From: Candidatus Falkowbacteria bacterium
GTDB taxonomy: Bacteria > Patescibacteriota > Patescibacteriia > CAIXNZ01
Length of the DNA stretch: 64,000 bases
Assembly: GCA_963774955.1 (NCBI GenBank)
Contig: CAVZGV010000003.1
Span: 320,771-384,770 of the forward strand
Direction of reading: 5' to 3'
Position 1 is the first letter of the stretch. The number at the start of each line of letters is the position of its first letter. This document shows positions 1-11,206 of this stretch, piece after piece. Both the position numbers and the translations under genes were made by a program. Below the pieces are notes generated by a model. That model searched no databases and was not told where the DNA came from. It saw only the letters and a list, made by a program, of their open reading frames with translations.

Positions 1-2
1 CT

Positions 3-3000
3 TTGCCGCTGATTATCAATATAACACCGGCTGAATTTAGAATAATAATCGATAGTAGCGACGGGAACCCTGAGGGCACTGATTATGCAATTTATGAGTA
101 TTATTCAGATAGTTATCTACATGCCGATGGTAAGTTATATAAAGATGAGCCTCAGTGGCGTGTTTATTCAGGCTGGGGAGGCTCATCGGGCATTAAGGTC
201 AATGAAACCTTAGCCGTTTATGATTTTTATCCTTTAGCCAGAAATGTTGATGGAATAATTTCAGGATTTAGGCCTCATGGTTTGTCTTTAAGCTGTAAGG
301 CCATAAGCTCAACTGAAATTGATTGGCAATTAAAAACTCCTTCCAGCTGGGATAAGGATGGATTTGATTTTTACAGAGTTCAACCAGATGAAGCCTCTTT
401 CTTGGCAGATGAAATAGTGAATCAAAGTACTGATGTAACTTATCAGGATAAAGAGTTGACTCCAAACACGGCTTATTCTGCCTTTTTCAAGACTTTTAAG
501 GATAGCGAGGATGTTAAAACCGAATCTGAAGCTTCAAATACTGATAATTGTTATACTTTGGCCAATGAACCGTTACCGCTTAAAATTGTAGTCGTCTCGG
601 ATGCTTCTGTTCAAATTACTTTGGATAGTCGGGACGGTAATCCGCCGGAAACTTTGTATGCCATTTATGATGTTAAAAGCGGTTTATATGTCCAGGTTGA
701 TCATAGCCTTGGTTCCGAGCCTGTTTGGCAGACTTATGCTGAATGGGGCGGGGAAGAAGGATTTTTAGTCAATGTTGTCTCAGGTTCAGAAGTGACAGGC
801 CAATTTCACATAAGTCTGGATGGTGTTGATCTGAGTCAGTATGATTTTGTAGCTAAAGTCAAAAATGGCGACGGTATCGTGACGTCAGAACCGGAGGTAA
901 CAAGTGTCTCCGTCAGTAAAGGCGTGGCCGTCAATGCGGTTTTAAGCGCTAATACTCTGCCCGGTAAAATCGCCCTGGCCGGCAATGGTTTGCCATCTCA
1001 ATCATTAGCTTTACGCTTGATACAAGAATTTTCATTTTTCCTAAATCTGATCTTAATTATATTGATAATTGTCTTGGCCATTAATCTCTATAGTACCTTT
1101 AAGCATTTGAATTTAACCAGGAGATTAATGGAGAAATTTAGGTATTTACTGCTGATTTTCAATAAAGAACCGGCAGTTATATTCAGCCGCTGGGCCACTA
1201 AGGATAAAAACGGGACTTATCAGCTTTCATATTATCGGCAGCGAATTGCGCATTTAAGTTCCCAGAAAGCACTACGTGGAGCTGCCGGTATAGTCATTCT
1301 CAAGGTGGTAATTTTAGTGGCGCTGACTTTCGGTTTGGCCGGCTTGCAGTATCAGAGTATTGCGCAGGTAATTGATTATAATCAGGATCAGTCAGAGGTC
1401 AATGTCGGAGATAAAGTAAGCTATATTATCAGATTTTATAATACCGGTGATGTGGAGGCCAGGAATATTGTTGTTCTCGATAATTTGGATGCAAATTTAT
1501 CTTTTGTAGCTGATAGTTATAGGGCAATAATTAATGGTGTGGAAATTATCCCGAAATTTACCATTGATGGCAGCCTTTTGAAATTTAACCTCGAAAATTT
1601 GGGTGCAAAACAAAACGGTAATATTACCTTTGATGCAGTGGTTAACAGCGTAATCTCAGGCGGCGATACTGTTAATATTTCTAATGTAGCCGTCGTTTCC
1701 GGTGAAAATTTCGGAACGAGAACAACGAACACTGTTAGTAATTCAGTAGCTCCTGAGGTTATGATGATTGAAGAAACTCCGCTGGAATTATTAGATACTG
1801 AAACTGACCAAAAGGATACATTAGCAGAAGTACCTGCTGTTGTCAGTGGCGGCGGTAGCGGTAATTTACCGCCACAGGCTGTGGCTGATAACGCTGAAAC
1901 TTTTACTGACCAGGATGTGGAGATTGCAGTTTTGAATAATGACAGTGATCCGGAGAATCAGCTTGATATTGCTTCTTTGGCCGTTATAATCCCACCGCAA
2001 AATGGCATGGCCAGTATTGATTCTGAGCAAGGTACGATTATTTATCATTCTAATCCTGGTTTTGTCGGTGAAGATAGTTTCAGATATCAAATCTGTGATC
2101 AGGGCAATCAGTGCGCGCAAGCTCCCGTGTCCGTAACTGTTAAGGCCGTGGAAGTTGCCGGTCAAGAAGTCAAAATATCAATTCTTGGTTCTATTTTTAG
2201 AGCAGTAACAGCAGATGTCAGTAAAACAAATATGGGAGAGCAGGCCTTTGCCAGTATAATGGAGAATGAAACGGTGAAAAAAATAATTGAAAGCGCACCT
2301 GTTCAATTTGCTCAGGATAAAGTTTTAAATAATCCCGCGGTAGAACAGGCCAGTCAAAATTTAGTCACCCCAACTTTAGTTACGGTCTCAGTTATTAATA
2401 CGGCGCCGGCGATTGTTTCGGCCGGGATGAATTTCTGGGCATATTTACATTTTATTTTTATAGAGCCATTATTAATTTTATTCAGGAAAAAAAGGAAGAA
2501 TTGGGGCGTGGTTTATGATTCTCTGACTAAAATGCCTATCAGTCTGGCCATGGTCAGGCTTTATCGCAAAGAAGATCGCCGCTTAATTCAGACCAAGGTC
2601 ACTGACCGCGAGGGACGTTATTTAATTATGGTTAAAGACCCCGGCAACTATTATCTGGAAGTAACCAAACCAAATTATGATTTTCCGACCAAGATATTAA
2701 GCACAGAAAAAATGGATACAAAATATATTGATCTATATCATGGGGAAGAAGTTGCGATTAAAGATAAGGAGGCGGCAGTTTCGGTTAATATTCCCCTGGA
2801 TGTGCGTGAGAAAAAAGTCAGGCCGATTCGTGCAGTTATCCGCAGTTTCGCGCTTCAGCATCTTAAAACTGTTATTTCTTATGTTGGGTTAATTTTGGCG
2901 ATATTAGTGTTAATCATTTATCCGTCAGTGATTACAATTTTGGCCTTAGTCTTCCATGTCGTTTTCTATATTATTTTCAGAAAATTATTGATCCCAACTA

Positions 3001-3401
3001 AACCCAAGGGCTGGGGGATTATATATGATGAACAAACTAAGCAGGCTTTGCATAATGTCGTGGTTCGTTTATTTGATCTGAAATTTAATAAATTGCTGGA
3101 GACTCAGCTGACCGATAGTCAGGGGCGTTATGCTTTCCTGGTGGGTCAAAATGTTTTTCAGGTCATGGCGGAAAAAGATGGCTATCAGACCAAGGAAATT
3201 AAACCGGTTGACCTTTCTGCTAATGATCAGATTGTTAATTTGGATATTGCCTTGGCTAAACACTCACAAAGTGGCATAATCACAGCAAACACTGATCAAC
3301 CCGTAAACAGCGATCAATCGATAAAGAATGATCAGCCAATAAATAATAATCAATTAACAAATAATGAACTCCAAAACAATGATCAATCCACTCAAAATTA
3401 A
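3..3401 (+). CDS. Large multi-pass surface protein, probably 5'-truncated (FN3-like repeats, DUF11-like, Ig/cadherin-like, two carboxypeptidase-regulatory-like domains)
   Basis: Repeated DGNPxxTxYAIY...EPxWxxYxxWGG unit; VNVGDKVSYIIRFYNTGDVEARNIVVLDNL (DUF11-like); PQAVADNA...VLNNDSDPE...GFVGEDSFRYQICD (Ig-like); two WGxxYD...VRL...TDxxGRY domains between TM helices. Confidence 0.8.
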   Translation: MPLIINITPAEFRIIIDSSDGNPEGTDYAIYEYYSDSYLHADGKLYKDEPQWRVYSGWGGSSGIKVNETLAVYDFYPLARNVDGIISGFRPHGLSLSCKAISSTEIDWQLKTPSSWDKDGFDFYRVQPDEASFLADEIVNQSTDVTYQDKELTPNTAYSAFFKTFKDSEDVKTESEASNTDNCYTLANEPLPLKIVVVSDASVQITLDSRDGNPPETLYAIYDVKSGLYVQVDHSLGSEPVWQTYAEWGGEEGFLVNVVSGSEVTGQFHISLDGVDLSQYDFVAKVKNGDGIVTSEPEVTSVSVSKGVAVNAVLSANTLPGKIALAGNGLPSQSLALRLIQEFSFFLNLILIILIIVLAINLYSTFKHLNLTRRLMEKFRYLLLIFNKEPAVIFSRWATKDKNGTYQLSYYRQRIAHLSSQKALRGAAGIVILKVVILVALTFGLAGLQYQSIAQVIDYNQDQSEVNVGDKVSYIIRFYNTGDVEARNIVVLDNLDANLSFVADSYRAIINGVEIIPKFTIDGSLLKFNLENLGAKQNGNITFDAVVNSVISGGDTVNISNVAVVSGENFGTRTTNTVSNSVAPEVMMIEETPLELLDTETDQKDTLAEVPAVVSGGGSGNLPPQAVADNAETFTDQDVEIAVLNNDSDPENQLDIASLAVIIPPQNGMASIDSEQGTIIYHSNPGFVGEDSFRYQICDQGNQCAQAPVSVTVKAVEVAGQEVKISILGSIFRAVTADVSKTNMGEQAFASIMENETVKKIIESAPVQFAQDKVLNNPAVEQASQNLVTPTLVTVSVINTAPAIVSAGMNFWAYLHFIFIEPLLILFRKKRKNWGVVYDSLTKMPISLAMVRLYRKEDRRLIQTKVTDREGRYLIMVKDPGNYYLEVTKPNYDFPTKILSTEKMDTKYIDLYHGEEVAIKDKEAAVSVNIPLDVREKKVRPIRAVIRSFALQHLKTVISYVGLILAILVLIIYPSVITILALVFHVVFYIIFRKLLIPTKPKGWGIIYDEQTKQALHNVVVRLFDLKFNKLLETQLTDSQGRYAFLVGQNVFQVMAEKDGYQTKEIKPVDLSANDQIVNLDIALAKHSQSGIITANTDQPVNSDQSIKNDQPINNNQLTNNELQNNDQSTQN

Positions 3402-3918
3402 ATTCTGGTATAAAAGGTCATTGACTTTATTGAACGTGGGTTTAGTTTCATTGCTTACGACACCTCAAGTCTTAGCGCAAACCAGTAATGATGCGGAAAA
3501 TTTGCCTATATTCCGTTTAGCGCGTGAATTTTCTGTTTTTTTGAATATTGTTCTGATTATTTTTGTAATTTTGCTGGCTATAAGTCTGCACGGCGCTTTG
3601 AAATATCTGGGCAATCCCGACACGTTAAAAAATAAAATAAGGATAGTATTTGCGTTTTTAAAGCGAGAACCGGCCGAAATTTTTTCTCAGCTGTCGAATC
3701 AGGATCGAAACGGAACTTATCAGCTGCCGTTTGAGAAATATCGCCAGCTACACCTTATTTCCAGGAAAACATTTTTACGTACGCTTGGACTGATTGTAAT
3801 GCAGGTTATATTAGTACTTTTCTTGATTTACGGTTTGACTTTTCTTTCCCACTATACCAAAGCTCAAGGCGATAATCTGTTGCAAAGTCACAATTTTTTA
3901 CTTCAGTTAGATAAATGA
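3364..3918 (+). CDS. Membrane protein paralogous to the internal TM segment of the upstream giant protein
   Basis: FRLAREFSVFLNIVLIIFVILLAISL...KREPAEIFS...DRNGTYQL matches LRLIQEFSFFLNLILIILIIVLAINL...NKEPAVIFS...DKNGTYQL. Confidence 0.75.
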   Translation: MNSKTMINPLKIKFWYKRSLTLLNVGLVSLLTTPQVLAQTSNDAENLPIFRLAREFSVFLNIVLIIFVILLAISLHGALKYLGNPDTLKNKIRIVFAFLKREPAEIFSQLSNQDRNGTYQLPFEKYRQLHLISRKTFLRTLGLIVMQVILVLFLIYGLTFLSHYTKAQGDNLLQSHNFLLQLDK

Positions 3919-3921
3919 TAT

Positions 3922-3952
3922 AAAGGTCTCCCGATATCCCGGGGGATCTTTT
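3922..3952 (+). terminator. Intrinsic terminator
   Basis: aaaggtctcccg-atatcc-cgggggatcttt hairpin followed by T-rich tail. Confidence 0.6.
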
Positions 3953-3962
3953 AGTTTTAGGC

Positions 3963-3991
3963 TTGAAATTTTAGGGTAATTTTGATATAGT
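3963..3991 (+). promoter_or_regulatory. sigma70-type promoter upstream of secA
   Basis: TTGAAA-17 nt-TATAGT. Confidence 0.5.
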
Positions 3992-4126
3992 TTGTGTATT
4001 CGTAAACAGGGTAAAGGTAAGGAGGTTAGTTAGGTAAATAGTGGTTAGTGTTAAGTCCTATCGGTTTTTACTAAATACTATGCACTAAACCAACCTCTTA
4101 ACCTATTCACATTAGACAATCCAAAT

Positions 4127-6841
4127 ATGTCAATTCTAACCAAAATCTTCGGTGACCCGAATAAACGGGTAATCGATAAAATTCAGCCTATCGTTACACA
4201 AATTAATGCTTTGGAAAACGAAATTGAAAAATTGTCTGACGAGAAGCTGAAAAATAAAACTAAAGAATTTAAAGATCTGCTGGCCCAAGGCAAAACTTTG
4301 GACGATATTCTGCCTGAGGCCTTTGCTGTGGTCCGTGAAGCTGCCAAACGGGTTTTGGGTCAGCGTCATTATGATGTTCAATTAATCGGCGGTGTTGTTT
4401 TGCATCGCGGTCAGATTGCGGAAATGAGAACCGGTGAAGGTAAAACCTTGACCTCTACTTTGCCGATTTATTTAAATGCTTTGGAAGGTCAAGGCGTTCA
4501 TGTGGTTACAGTCAATGATTATTTAGCCCGACGCGACTGCGCCTGGATGGGCCAGATTTATAATTTCTTGGGTTTAACCGTCAGTTGTATCCAGAATCAG
4601 CGGGTTACTTATATTTATGATTCTACGGTTAAGGCTGATAAAGCGGATAATGAGCAGGATATTACCAAAATTTTTAAAGTTGATATGGATAATTTACGGC
4701 CGGTTGAAAATCGCAGGCAAGCTTATGATTGCGATATTACTTACGGCACTAATAATGAATTTGGGTTTGATTATCTTCGTGACAATATGGTGACACAGTT
4801 TAAAAGATATGACCCAGCGGGATTTGCATTATGCCATTGTTGATGAAGTTGACAGTATTTTAATTGATGAAGCCAGAACACCGTTGATTATTTCTGCGCC
4901 GGATGCAGAATCCACTGATAAATATTACAAATTTGCCAGCGTGGTCAAAAACTTGAAAGAAAATGAGGATTATAATATTGATGAAAAAATGCACTCTGTC
5001 ACTTTTTCTGAAGAAGGGCAGGAACATCTTGCTCAAATATCTGGGTTTTGATCCCTGGGTGAAAATGGATTATGAAACAACTTTTCATCTGGAAGCGGCG
5101 CTGAAAGCCATGACTTTGTATAAATACGACAAAGAATATGTGGTCAAAGACGGTGAAGTTATTATTGTTGATGAATTTACCGGACGTTTAATGCCGGGCC
5201 GCCGCTATTCTGAAGGTTTGCATCAGGCCCTGGAAGCTAAGGAAGGCTTAACTATTCAAAAAGAAAGTAAGACCCTGGCTACGATTACTTTTCAGAATTT
5301 GTTTCGTATGTATAAAAAACTGGCTGGGATGACTGGTACGGCCTTAACTGAAGCAGAAGAATTTTATAAAATATATAAACTTGAGGTGGTGGAAATCCCG
5401 ACAAATCGTGCTGATGATCCGTCAGGATCTTAATGATCTGATTTATAAAAATGAAAAGGCAAAATTTGAAGCTGTGGTTGAAGAAGTTAAAAGGCGTCAG
5501 GAATTGGGCCAGCCGGTTTTGATCGGTACAATTTCGATTGATAAAAATGAATATTTGGCCAGTCTTATGGAACGAAACGGCATTAAATACAATATGCTTA
5601 ACGCCAAACAGCATGAAAAAGAAGCTGAATATATTGCTCAGGCCGGCAGATCCGGCGCTGTTACTTTGGCGACTAATATGGCCGGTCGCGGTGTAGATAT
5701 TATTTTAGGCGGCAATCCTCCTGATGCGGCTGAGGCTAAAAAAGTTAAGGAATTGGGCGGTCTACATGTTATCGGTACGGAACGCCATGAAGCCCGTCGT
5801 ATTGATAATCAGTTGCGCGGACGCGCCGGACGTCAGGGCGATCCTGGTTCTTCCCAGTTTTTTGTTTCTTTGGAAGATGATCTGATGCGTATTTTTGGTT
5901 CTGATAAGATTAAAAGCGTTATGGAGACTTTCCAGATGCCGGACAATATGCCGATTGAAAACGGATTTATTTCCAAATCACTGGAACAGGCCCAACGCAA
6001 AGTTGAAGGTAATAATTTTGATATCCGCAAACATTTGGTTGAATATGATGACGTGATTAATAAGCACCGGGAAGTGATTTATGCCAAAAGGAAAGAAGTT
6101 TTGGAGATTTCTGAGAATTTAAAAACCGACGTGAAATTGCGGGCGCGTATTTTTGAAATGATAGACGCGGAATTGGAACAGGTGGTGATTTTTCATTGCG
6201 CCGGAGATAATGAAAAAGACTGGAATATCAAGGAAATATATGAAGTTGCGGCGACAATTTTCCCGATTTCCGATAAGGATAGAATCGAAATGCAGGAGAT
6301 GCGTAAGGTTGCCGGCAATGCCACGGAAGATGCTCATGCCAGGACACAGATTATTGATTATTTAATAAATTTGGCCAATCAGTCTTATGATTTGCTAATA
6401 GAAAAAGTAAATAATCCCGATTTGTTTAAGGCTATTGAAAAACAGGTGTTACTCCATTCTATTGATTATTTTTGGATTTTTCATTTGGAGGCCATTAATC
6501 ATCTGCGCACAGGTATTGGTTTGCGCAGTTATGCCCAGGTTGATCCTTTGATGGAATATAAAAGGGAAGCTTTCCGTTTATTCAACGAACTCTTAAATAA
6601 TATTCAGAAGCAGGTGGTTTACAGCATCTTTAAAGTTGGTGTAGTCCAGGAAACCGCGCCTGATCTGATTGAGCAGGGCAAAGAATTCTTTGGCCCCAAA
6701 AAGACCATGGACAAAGGTTCGGTTTTCGGCGCTGAGGCAAATAGGACCCAGCAGGTAGTGCAAAAAAGAGGGGATGTGGGCAGAAATGATCCTTGTCCTT
6801 GCGGTAGCGGAAAAAAGTTTAAGAAGTGTTGTGGGACGTAA
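4127..6841 (+). CDS. secA: Preprotein translocase SecA, split over four ORFs by three +1 insertions (probable consensus errors)
   Basis: [61 protein letters not shown]-terminal [18 protein letters not shown]. Confidence 0.97.
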
Positions 6842-6860
6842 AATTGATAATACCGTAATT

Positions 6861-7184
6861 ATGAAATCCCTTAAATTTAAAGATTTTAAGGCAGAAATGA
6901 TATTAGCTGGAGAGAAAACTTCGTCCATGCGGCTTTTTGATGACAAAAATATCCAAACCGGGGATAATTTGGATTTGATTAATTCAGATACTGGTGAAAT
7001 TTTTGCCCAAGCCCAAGTCGTTCAGGTAATTGAGAAGAAAATAGGAGGCGTTGAGGCCAAGGACTTAATTGGTCATGAAAAATTTGACAGCCAGGAAGCA
7101 ATGCTGCAGGTGTTTAAAAAATATTATGGTGATAAGGTTGGTTTGGAAACGACTGTTAAAATCGTACGATTTAAACTTAGCTAG
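6861..7184 (+). CDS. ASCH domain protein
   Basis: MKSLKF...ILAGEKTSSMR..D..IQTGD motif; likely start ATG 6861. Confidence 0.75.
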   Translation: MKSLKFKDFKAEMILAGEKTSSMRLFDDKNIQTGDNLDLINSDTGEIFAQAQVVQVIEKKIGGVEAKDLIGHEKFDSQEAMLQVFKKYYGDKVGLETTVKIVRFKLS

Positions 7185-7193
7185 ATTGGATTT

Positions 7194-7598
7194 ATGAAAA
7201 TAGCCGAATATGTCCAAAATTATACTTCAGGTGACCGCATTAAATTCAAGCATATCCTGTCAGAATTTAAAGAATTGCTTGAGGACATATTTAAACTGAA
7301 TAAAAAGGGTATATATGAAGAATTTGAAGATGTGTTGCATTTTGTCCAATTGTGGCTTTATTGGCGTTTTGGCCTTAACGGCGAAATTTGGCCCATAACC
7401 ATACATTCGGCCGATAAATTCATGGCGCGCAGAACAGTCTGGCGGAAAATATATTTATTTGTCGGTCTGTCTGAGGACATTTCAAATTTTGTTGGTAATT
7501 ATAACAAACCGGAAAAGGTTATTAAACAATTGGTGAAATTCGGCGTCCCTAAAGAAAAAGCTGAAGAAGCTTATAATAAAATTATTTTAAATCAATAA
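7194..7598 (+). CDS. Hypothetical protein (all-alpha, possibly NTP-PPase-like)
   Basis: Operon-packed ORF; EFKELLE...EEFEDVL acidic helical motif. Confidence 0.55.
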   Translation: MKIAEYVQNYTSGDRIKFKHILSEFKELLEDIFKLNKKGIYEEFEDVLHFVQLWLYWRFGLNGEIWPITIHSADKFMARRTVWRKIYLFVGLSEDISNFVGNYNKPEKVIKQLVKFGVPKEKAEEAYNKIILNQ

Positions 7599-7602
7599 AA
7601 TT

Positions 7603-8076
7603 ATGGATATAAAAATTGAAGCAGCGAAAATTGAAAATCTAAAGGATATCCAGGGTTTAAATTCGAAACTTTTTGCCAAAGAATATAAGGATTATGACCA
7701 GTTATTAAAGTTGGATTGGCCATTTGGCTCGGAAGGAACCCAATATTTTACTGATAGAATTTCTAAGCCAGACGGCTGTGTTTTTGTCGCTAAAGTCGAT
7801 AATAAAACAGTTGGCTATTTAGCAGGTGGTTTAACTCAAAGAGAAACGTATCGCAATCTGCCGATTTGTGCTGAATTAGAAAATACTTTTATTCTCGACG
7901 ATTATCGTTCTAAGGGTATTGGCTCACGACTTTATGCTGAGTTTTTAGGGTGGTGTAAAACTAAAAATGTGCATAAAATTGTAGTTGAGGTCAGCGCTCA
8001 GAATGAGTTGGGTTTAAATTTTTACAGGAAAAATAGTTTTAAGGATTTCTCAATGATTCTAGAAGCGGATTTATGA
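7603..8076 (+). CDS. GNAT family N-acetyltransferase
   Basis: [10 protein letters not shown] motif A; [13 protein letters not shown]. Confidence 0.9.
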   Translation: MDIKIEAAKIENLKDIQGLNSKLFAKEYKDYDQLLKLDWPFGSEGTQYFTDRISKPDGCVFVAKVDNKTVGYLAGGLTQRETYRNLPICAELENTFILDDYRSKGIGSRLYAEFLGWCKTKNVHKIVVEVSAQNELGLNFYRKNSFKDFSMILEADL

Positions 8077-8612
8077 TTTATTTTATCACCGGTAATAAAA
8101 ATAAACTCGCTGAAGTCCAGACTGTTTTGCCAGAAGTGGAAAAGTTAGAAATTGATTTGCCGGAAATTCAGGAACTTGATGCCCAAAAAATAATTGAGGC
8201 TAAATTAACTGAAGCCTTAAAGCATAAAGAGGATGAATTTATTGTGGAAGATACTTCTTTGCACTTGGATTGTCTCAATGGTTTGCCCGGACCGCTGATT
8301 AAATGGTTTTTACAGACCATCGGCAATCAGGGCTTGGCGCAACTGGCGGATAAATTAGGTAATGATAAGGCTGAAGCCGTAACCATGATCGGTTATGCTA
8401 AAAGCCAAAACGAGATGCAGTTTTTTGAAGGCAGAGTTAAAGGAAAAATAGTTAACCCCCGCGGTGAAACTAAATTTGGCTGGGATCCGATTTTTATACC
8501 TGACGGCCATGACAAAACTTTTGCGGAAATGGGAATTGAAGAAAAAAATAAAATCAGTATGAGAAGAATGGCTTTGAATAAATTGAAGGAATTTTTAAGA
8601 TCCAAAAATTAA
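8073..8612 (+). CDS. rdgB: Non-canonical purine NTP pyrophosphatase (Ham1/RdgB)
   Basis: [34 protein letters not shown]. Confidence 0.92.
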   Translation: MIYFITGNKNKLAEVQTVLPEVEKLEIDLPEIQELDAQKIIEAKLTEALKHKEDEFIVEDTSLHLDCLNGLPGPLIKWFLQTIGNQGLAQLADKLGNDKAEAVTMIGYAKSQNEMQFFEGRVKGKIVNPRGETKFGWDPIFIPDGHDKTFAEMGIEEKNKISMRRMALNKLKEFLRSKN

Positions 8613-8617
8613 AATTA

Positions 8618-8722
8618 GGCGAAAACGCCCTTTGTCATTCTGAGGAACCGAAGAATCTATGATGTCACAGATCCTTCGCTCCGCTCAGGATGACAGTGAT
8701 CCGACAAAGGGCGTTTTCGCCC
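8618..8722. repeat. Composite palindromic element, copy 1
   Basis: GGCGAAAACGCCCTTTGTC...GACAAAGGGCGTTTTCGCC outer arms around TGTCATTCTGAG...CTCAGGATGACA core. Confidence 0.9.
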
Positions 8723-8734
8723 TCAAATAATATT

Positions 8735-9364
8735 ATGACCCTACTCCTCACCTCCGCCGGCATGAAGGTTAAGACTGAAATTATGAAAATTCTGCCTAAG
8801 CCGGCCGAGCAAATAAAATTAGCCCATATTATCACTGCTTCTAAATCAGAATCAGATACTTCTTATGTCCACAGAGATTCTGAAGCCATGAAATATGCCG
8901 GATTTCAGGTTGAGGAAATTGATATTGAAGGCCAAACTGAATCTGAACTCAGAGAATTACTGGCTGAAAAAGACATTGTTTATGTCCAAGGCGGTAATAC
9001 TTTTTATTTAATGAAAGCTGTCAGGGAAAGCGGGTTTGATAAGGTTGTTAATGAATTAATCAATCAGGGCAAGATTTATATAGGTGTTAGCGCCGGTACT
9101 ATCATCGCCGGCATTGATATTACTGTGGCCGGTTATGGCGGCGAGATTTGGGATAAGAATGAAGTCGGGTTAACGGATATGACAGGTATGAAGCTGGTTG
9201 ATTTTGCGATTTCACCGCATTTTAAACCTGAAGAATTGGACTTACTTAAAAAAATGCAGTCTGAAGTTGATTATAAGCTTCGAGCCCTAACTGATGACCA
9301 AGCGTTTTTAGTTAAAGATGGCGGAGTTAACTTGGTAGGTAACGGTAAGGAAATAAAAATATGA
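8735..9364 (+). CDS. Peptidase S51 (dipeptidase E-like)
   Basis: YVQGGNTFYLM, YIGVSAG, SPHF; likely start ATG 8735 just after the repeat. Confidence 0.88.
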   Translation: MTLLLTSAGMKVKTEIMKILPKPAEQIKLAHIITASKSESDTSYVHRDSEAMKYAGFQVEEIDIEGQTESELRELLAEKDIVYVQGGNTFYLMKAVRESGFDKVVNELINQGKIYIGVSAGTIIAGIDITVAGYGGEIWDKNEVGLTDMTGMKLVDFAISPHFKPEELDLLKKMQSEVDYKLRALTDDQAFLVKDGGVNLVGNGKEIKI

Positions 9365-9567
9365 TTCAACCCGGCAAATATCGCCATTACAAAGGCAAAG
9401 AATATGAAGTAATTGGTTTAGCCAAGCACAGCGAGACTTTGGAGGATTTGGTTGTTTACAAGGCGTTATACGGTGAAGGACAAATGTGGGTGAGGCCGGT
9501 AAAGATGTTTGAAGAAAAGGTTATTGTTGATGGGGTAGAGGTGCCGAGGTTTGAATTTATTTCTTGA
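9361..9567 (+). CDS. DUF1653 domain protein
   Basis: PGKYRHYKG..YEV...AKHSET.E..VVY.ALYG...WVRP..MF. Confidence 0.9.
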   Translation: MIQPGKYRHYKGKEYEVIGLAKHSETLEDLVVYKALYGEGQMWVRPVKMFEEKVIVDGVEVPRFEFIS

Positions 9568-10214
9568 CGTGGCTTGACGAAGCCTTGCTTCGTAAGTCAT
9601 TAAAATGTTATAAAAATGAAAACTAAAATAAGAAATATCCATCGTCCAATCCACATATTTGAACCTGGTGCCCAGTATTTTATTACGCTTTCCATATATC
9701 AAAAGAAAAAATCATTAAATACGGACGAAAAGAAACATGTAGTTCGGGAAAGTTTAATGAACGCAATCGAAAAATACGGTATTGTTTTAAATGCTTGGGT
9801 TATTCTGGAAAATCATTTTCATGTGTTAATTTCCGCTATAAGTCCCGAAGCTATTCCTCGATTTATAAAATTTATCAGTTCCAGAAGCTCAGTGATGCTA
9901 AACAAAATGAACAATACGCCCGGGGTAAAGAATTTTTATCAATATTGGGATAGGATAATAAGGGATGAGAATGATTTTTATACCAAAATTAATTATATCC
10001 ACTTTAACCCGGTTCATCATAGGTACTGCCAAGAGCCTGCTGAATATGCTTTTTCATCGTATAAAGAATACCTTGATGAATTTGGGGTGGAATGGCTGAA
10101 TGACTGCATAAATAATCATCCTTTGAATACCCATCGGTATTGAATGACACAACAAGGCTGTGTAAAGCCACGTTACGATGAAAATTAGCATCAGCAAGGC
10201 TGTGTTAAACTACG
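9568..10214. repeat. REP-like inverted repeats flanking the RAYT
   Basis: cgtggcttgacgaagccttg (9568-9587) is inverted relative to caaggctgtgtaaagccacg (10153-10172) and caaggctgtgttaaactacg (10195-10214). Confidence 0.75.
9616..10143 (+). mobile_element. REP-associated tyrosine transposase (RAYT, Y1 HUH family)
   Basis: YFIT, AWVILENHFHVL (HUH), YWDRIIRDE, YIHFNPVHH, YAFSSY. Confidence 0.88.
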
Positions 10215-10239
10215 GAAAAGGGGTTTTATCGCGTTTTAT

Positions 10240-11202
10240 ATGGCGAATAATATAAGAGAAAAAAACAATCACGGCTGGCACTACATTGCCGATGTTGACT
10301 TGGGTGATTTTTTGACCTTGGCTGATGTTAGAGATACCTATTTGCAGAATTATTTGGGAAAAGGTTATACGGATGTTAAGTTGGAGCTGGTGAAAGGGAA
10401 AATCTATAAAGTTTATCTTTATCGTCCCGTTGAGCTCAAAGGTTTGAATAAAAATGATCCTCTTTTTATGGCCGTGATTTTACCGACAAAGATCAGTTTA
10501 TTGAAGTCTCAAATTAAAAATTTTCCTGACAAGAAAAAAGAAATTCAAAATGAAATTATTTTTTGGAAGATTGCTTTAAGAAATTATCGGCAGAAAAGAA
10601 AGCTATCCGAATGGGCAGCAGGTTTACCAGATAAATTGCGTTTTAAAATGCGGAACTGTAAATATCTGCCGAGTTTTAATGAAACCAGTAGAATCCCTTA
10701 TAAACAACGCGAATCATTTCAGGAAGAATTTTTTGATTATGAAATTTGGAATAGGGAATACATTAATGCTTTGGCCAAACAAATCGGCAATCATAAGATA
10801 GTCATGGAGGTTGGAGCAGGCTCTGGGCGGCTAAGTTACTTTTTAAGAAAAAAATTACCCAATAACCAAATTATCGCAATTGATATTAGTTTGAAAAACA
10901 AAGTAGCTGGTATTCCACTTATAAAAATGTCCATGAAACAGGCTTTACAGAAGTTTAAACCGGATATTTTAATTTGTTCCTGGCCTGACGCTTTTTTCTG
11001 GCAGGAAATTAAGCATAATACCAGCGCCAAGAAAATAATTTTAATCGGCGACAGTGAGGATACACCATTGGCTAGGGAAATAAAAGGCGAGTGGCAATGG
11101 CTGCCAATTAAGGGTTTTAAAGTAAGGGAATTTTTTGCAGCTAAAAAGGTTCAGACCAGCCGAGACAGCCTGGGTACCACAATTATTTATAAAAATAATT
11201 AA
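10240..11202 (+). CDS. Class I SAM-dependent methyltransferase-like protein with N-terminal extension
   Basis: MEVGAGSGRL, IIAID, DILICSWP. Confidence 0.65.
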   Translation: MANNIREKNNHGWHYIADVDLGDFLTLADVRDTYLQNYLGKGYTDVKLELVKGKIYKVYLYRPVELKGLNKNDPLFMAVILPTKISLLKSQIKNFPDKKKEIQNEIIFWKIALRNYRQKRKLSEWAAGLPDKLRFKMRNCKYLPSFNETSRIPYKQRESFQEEFFDYEIWNREYINALAKQIGNHKIVMEVGAGSGRLSYFLRKKLPNNQIIAIDISLKNKVAGIPLIKMSMKQALQKFKPDILICSWPDAFFWQEIKHNTSAKKIILIGDSEDTPLAREIKGEWQWLPIKGFKVREFFAAKKVQTSRDSLGTTIIYKNN

Positions 11203-11206
11203 ATCT

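Noticed and set aside
3286-3398. Asn/Gln-rich 18-bp-like repeat at the end of the giant protein
   Set aside because: Ordinary low-complexity disordered tail.
4127-6841. secA, atpD, atpB and rnhB as true pseudogenes
   Set aside because: All motifs are intact, no in-frame stops remain after removing single bases, and the pattern fits consensus error.
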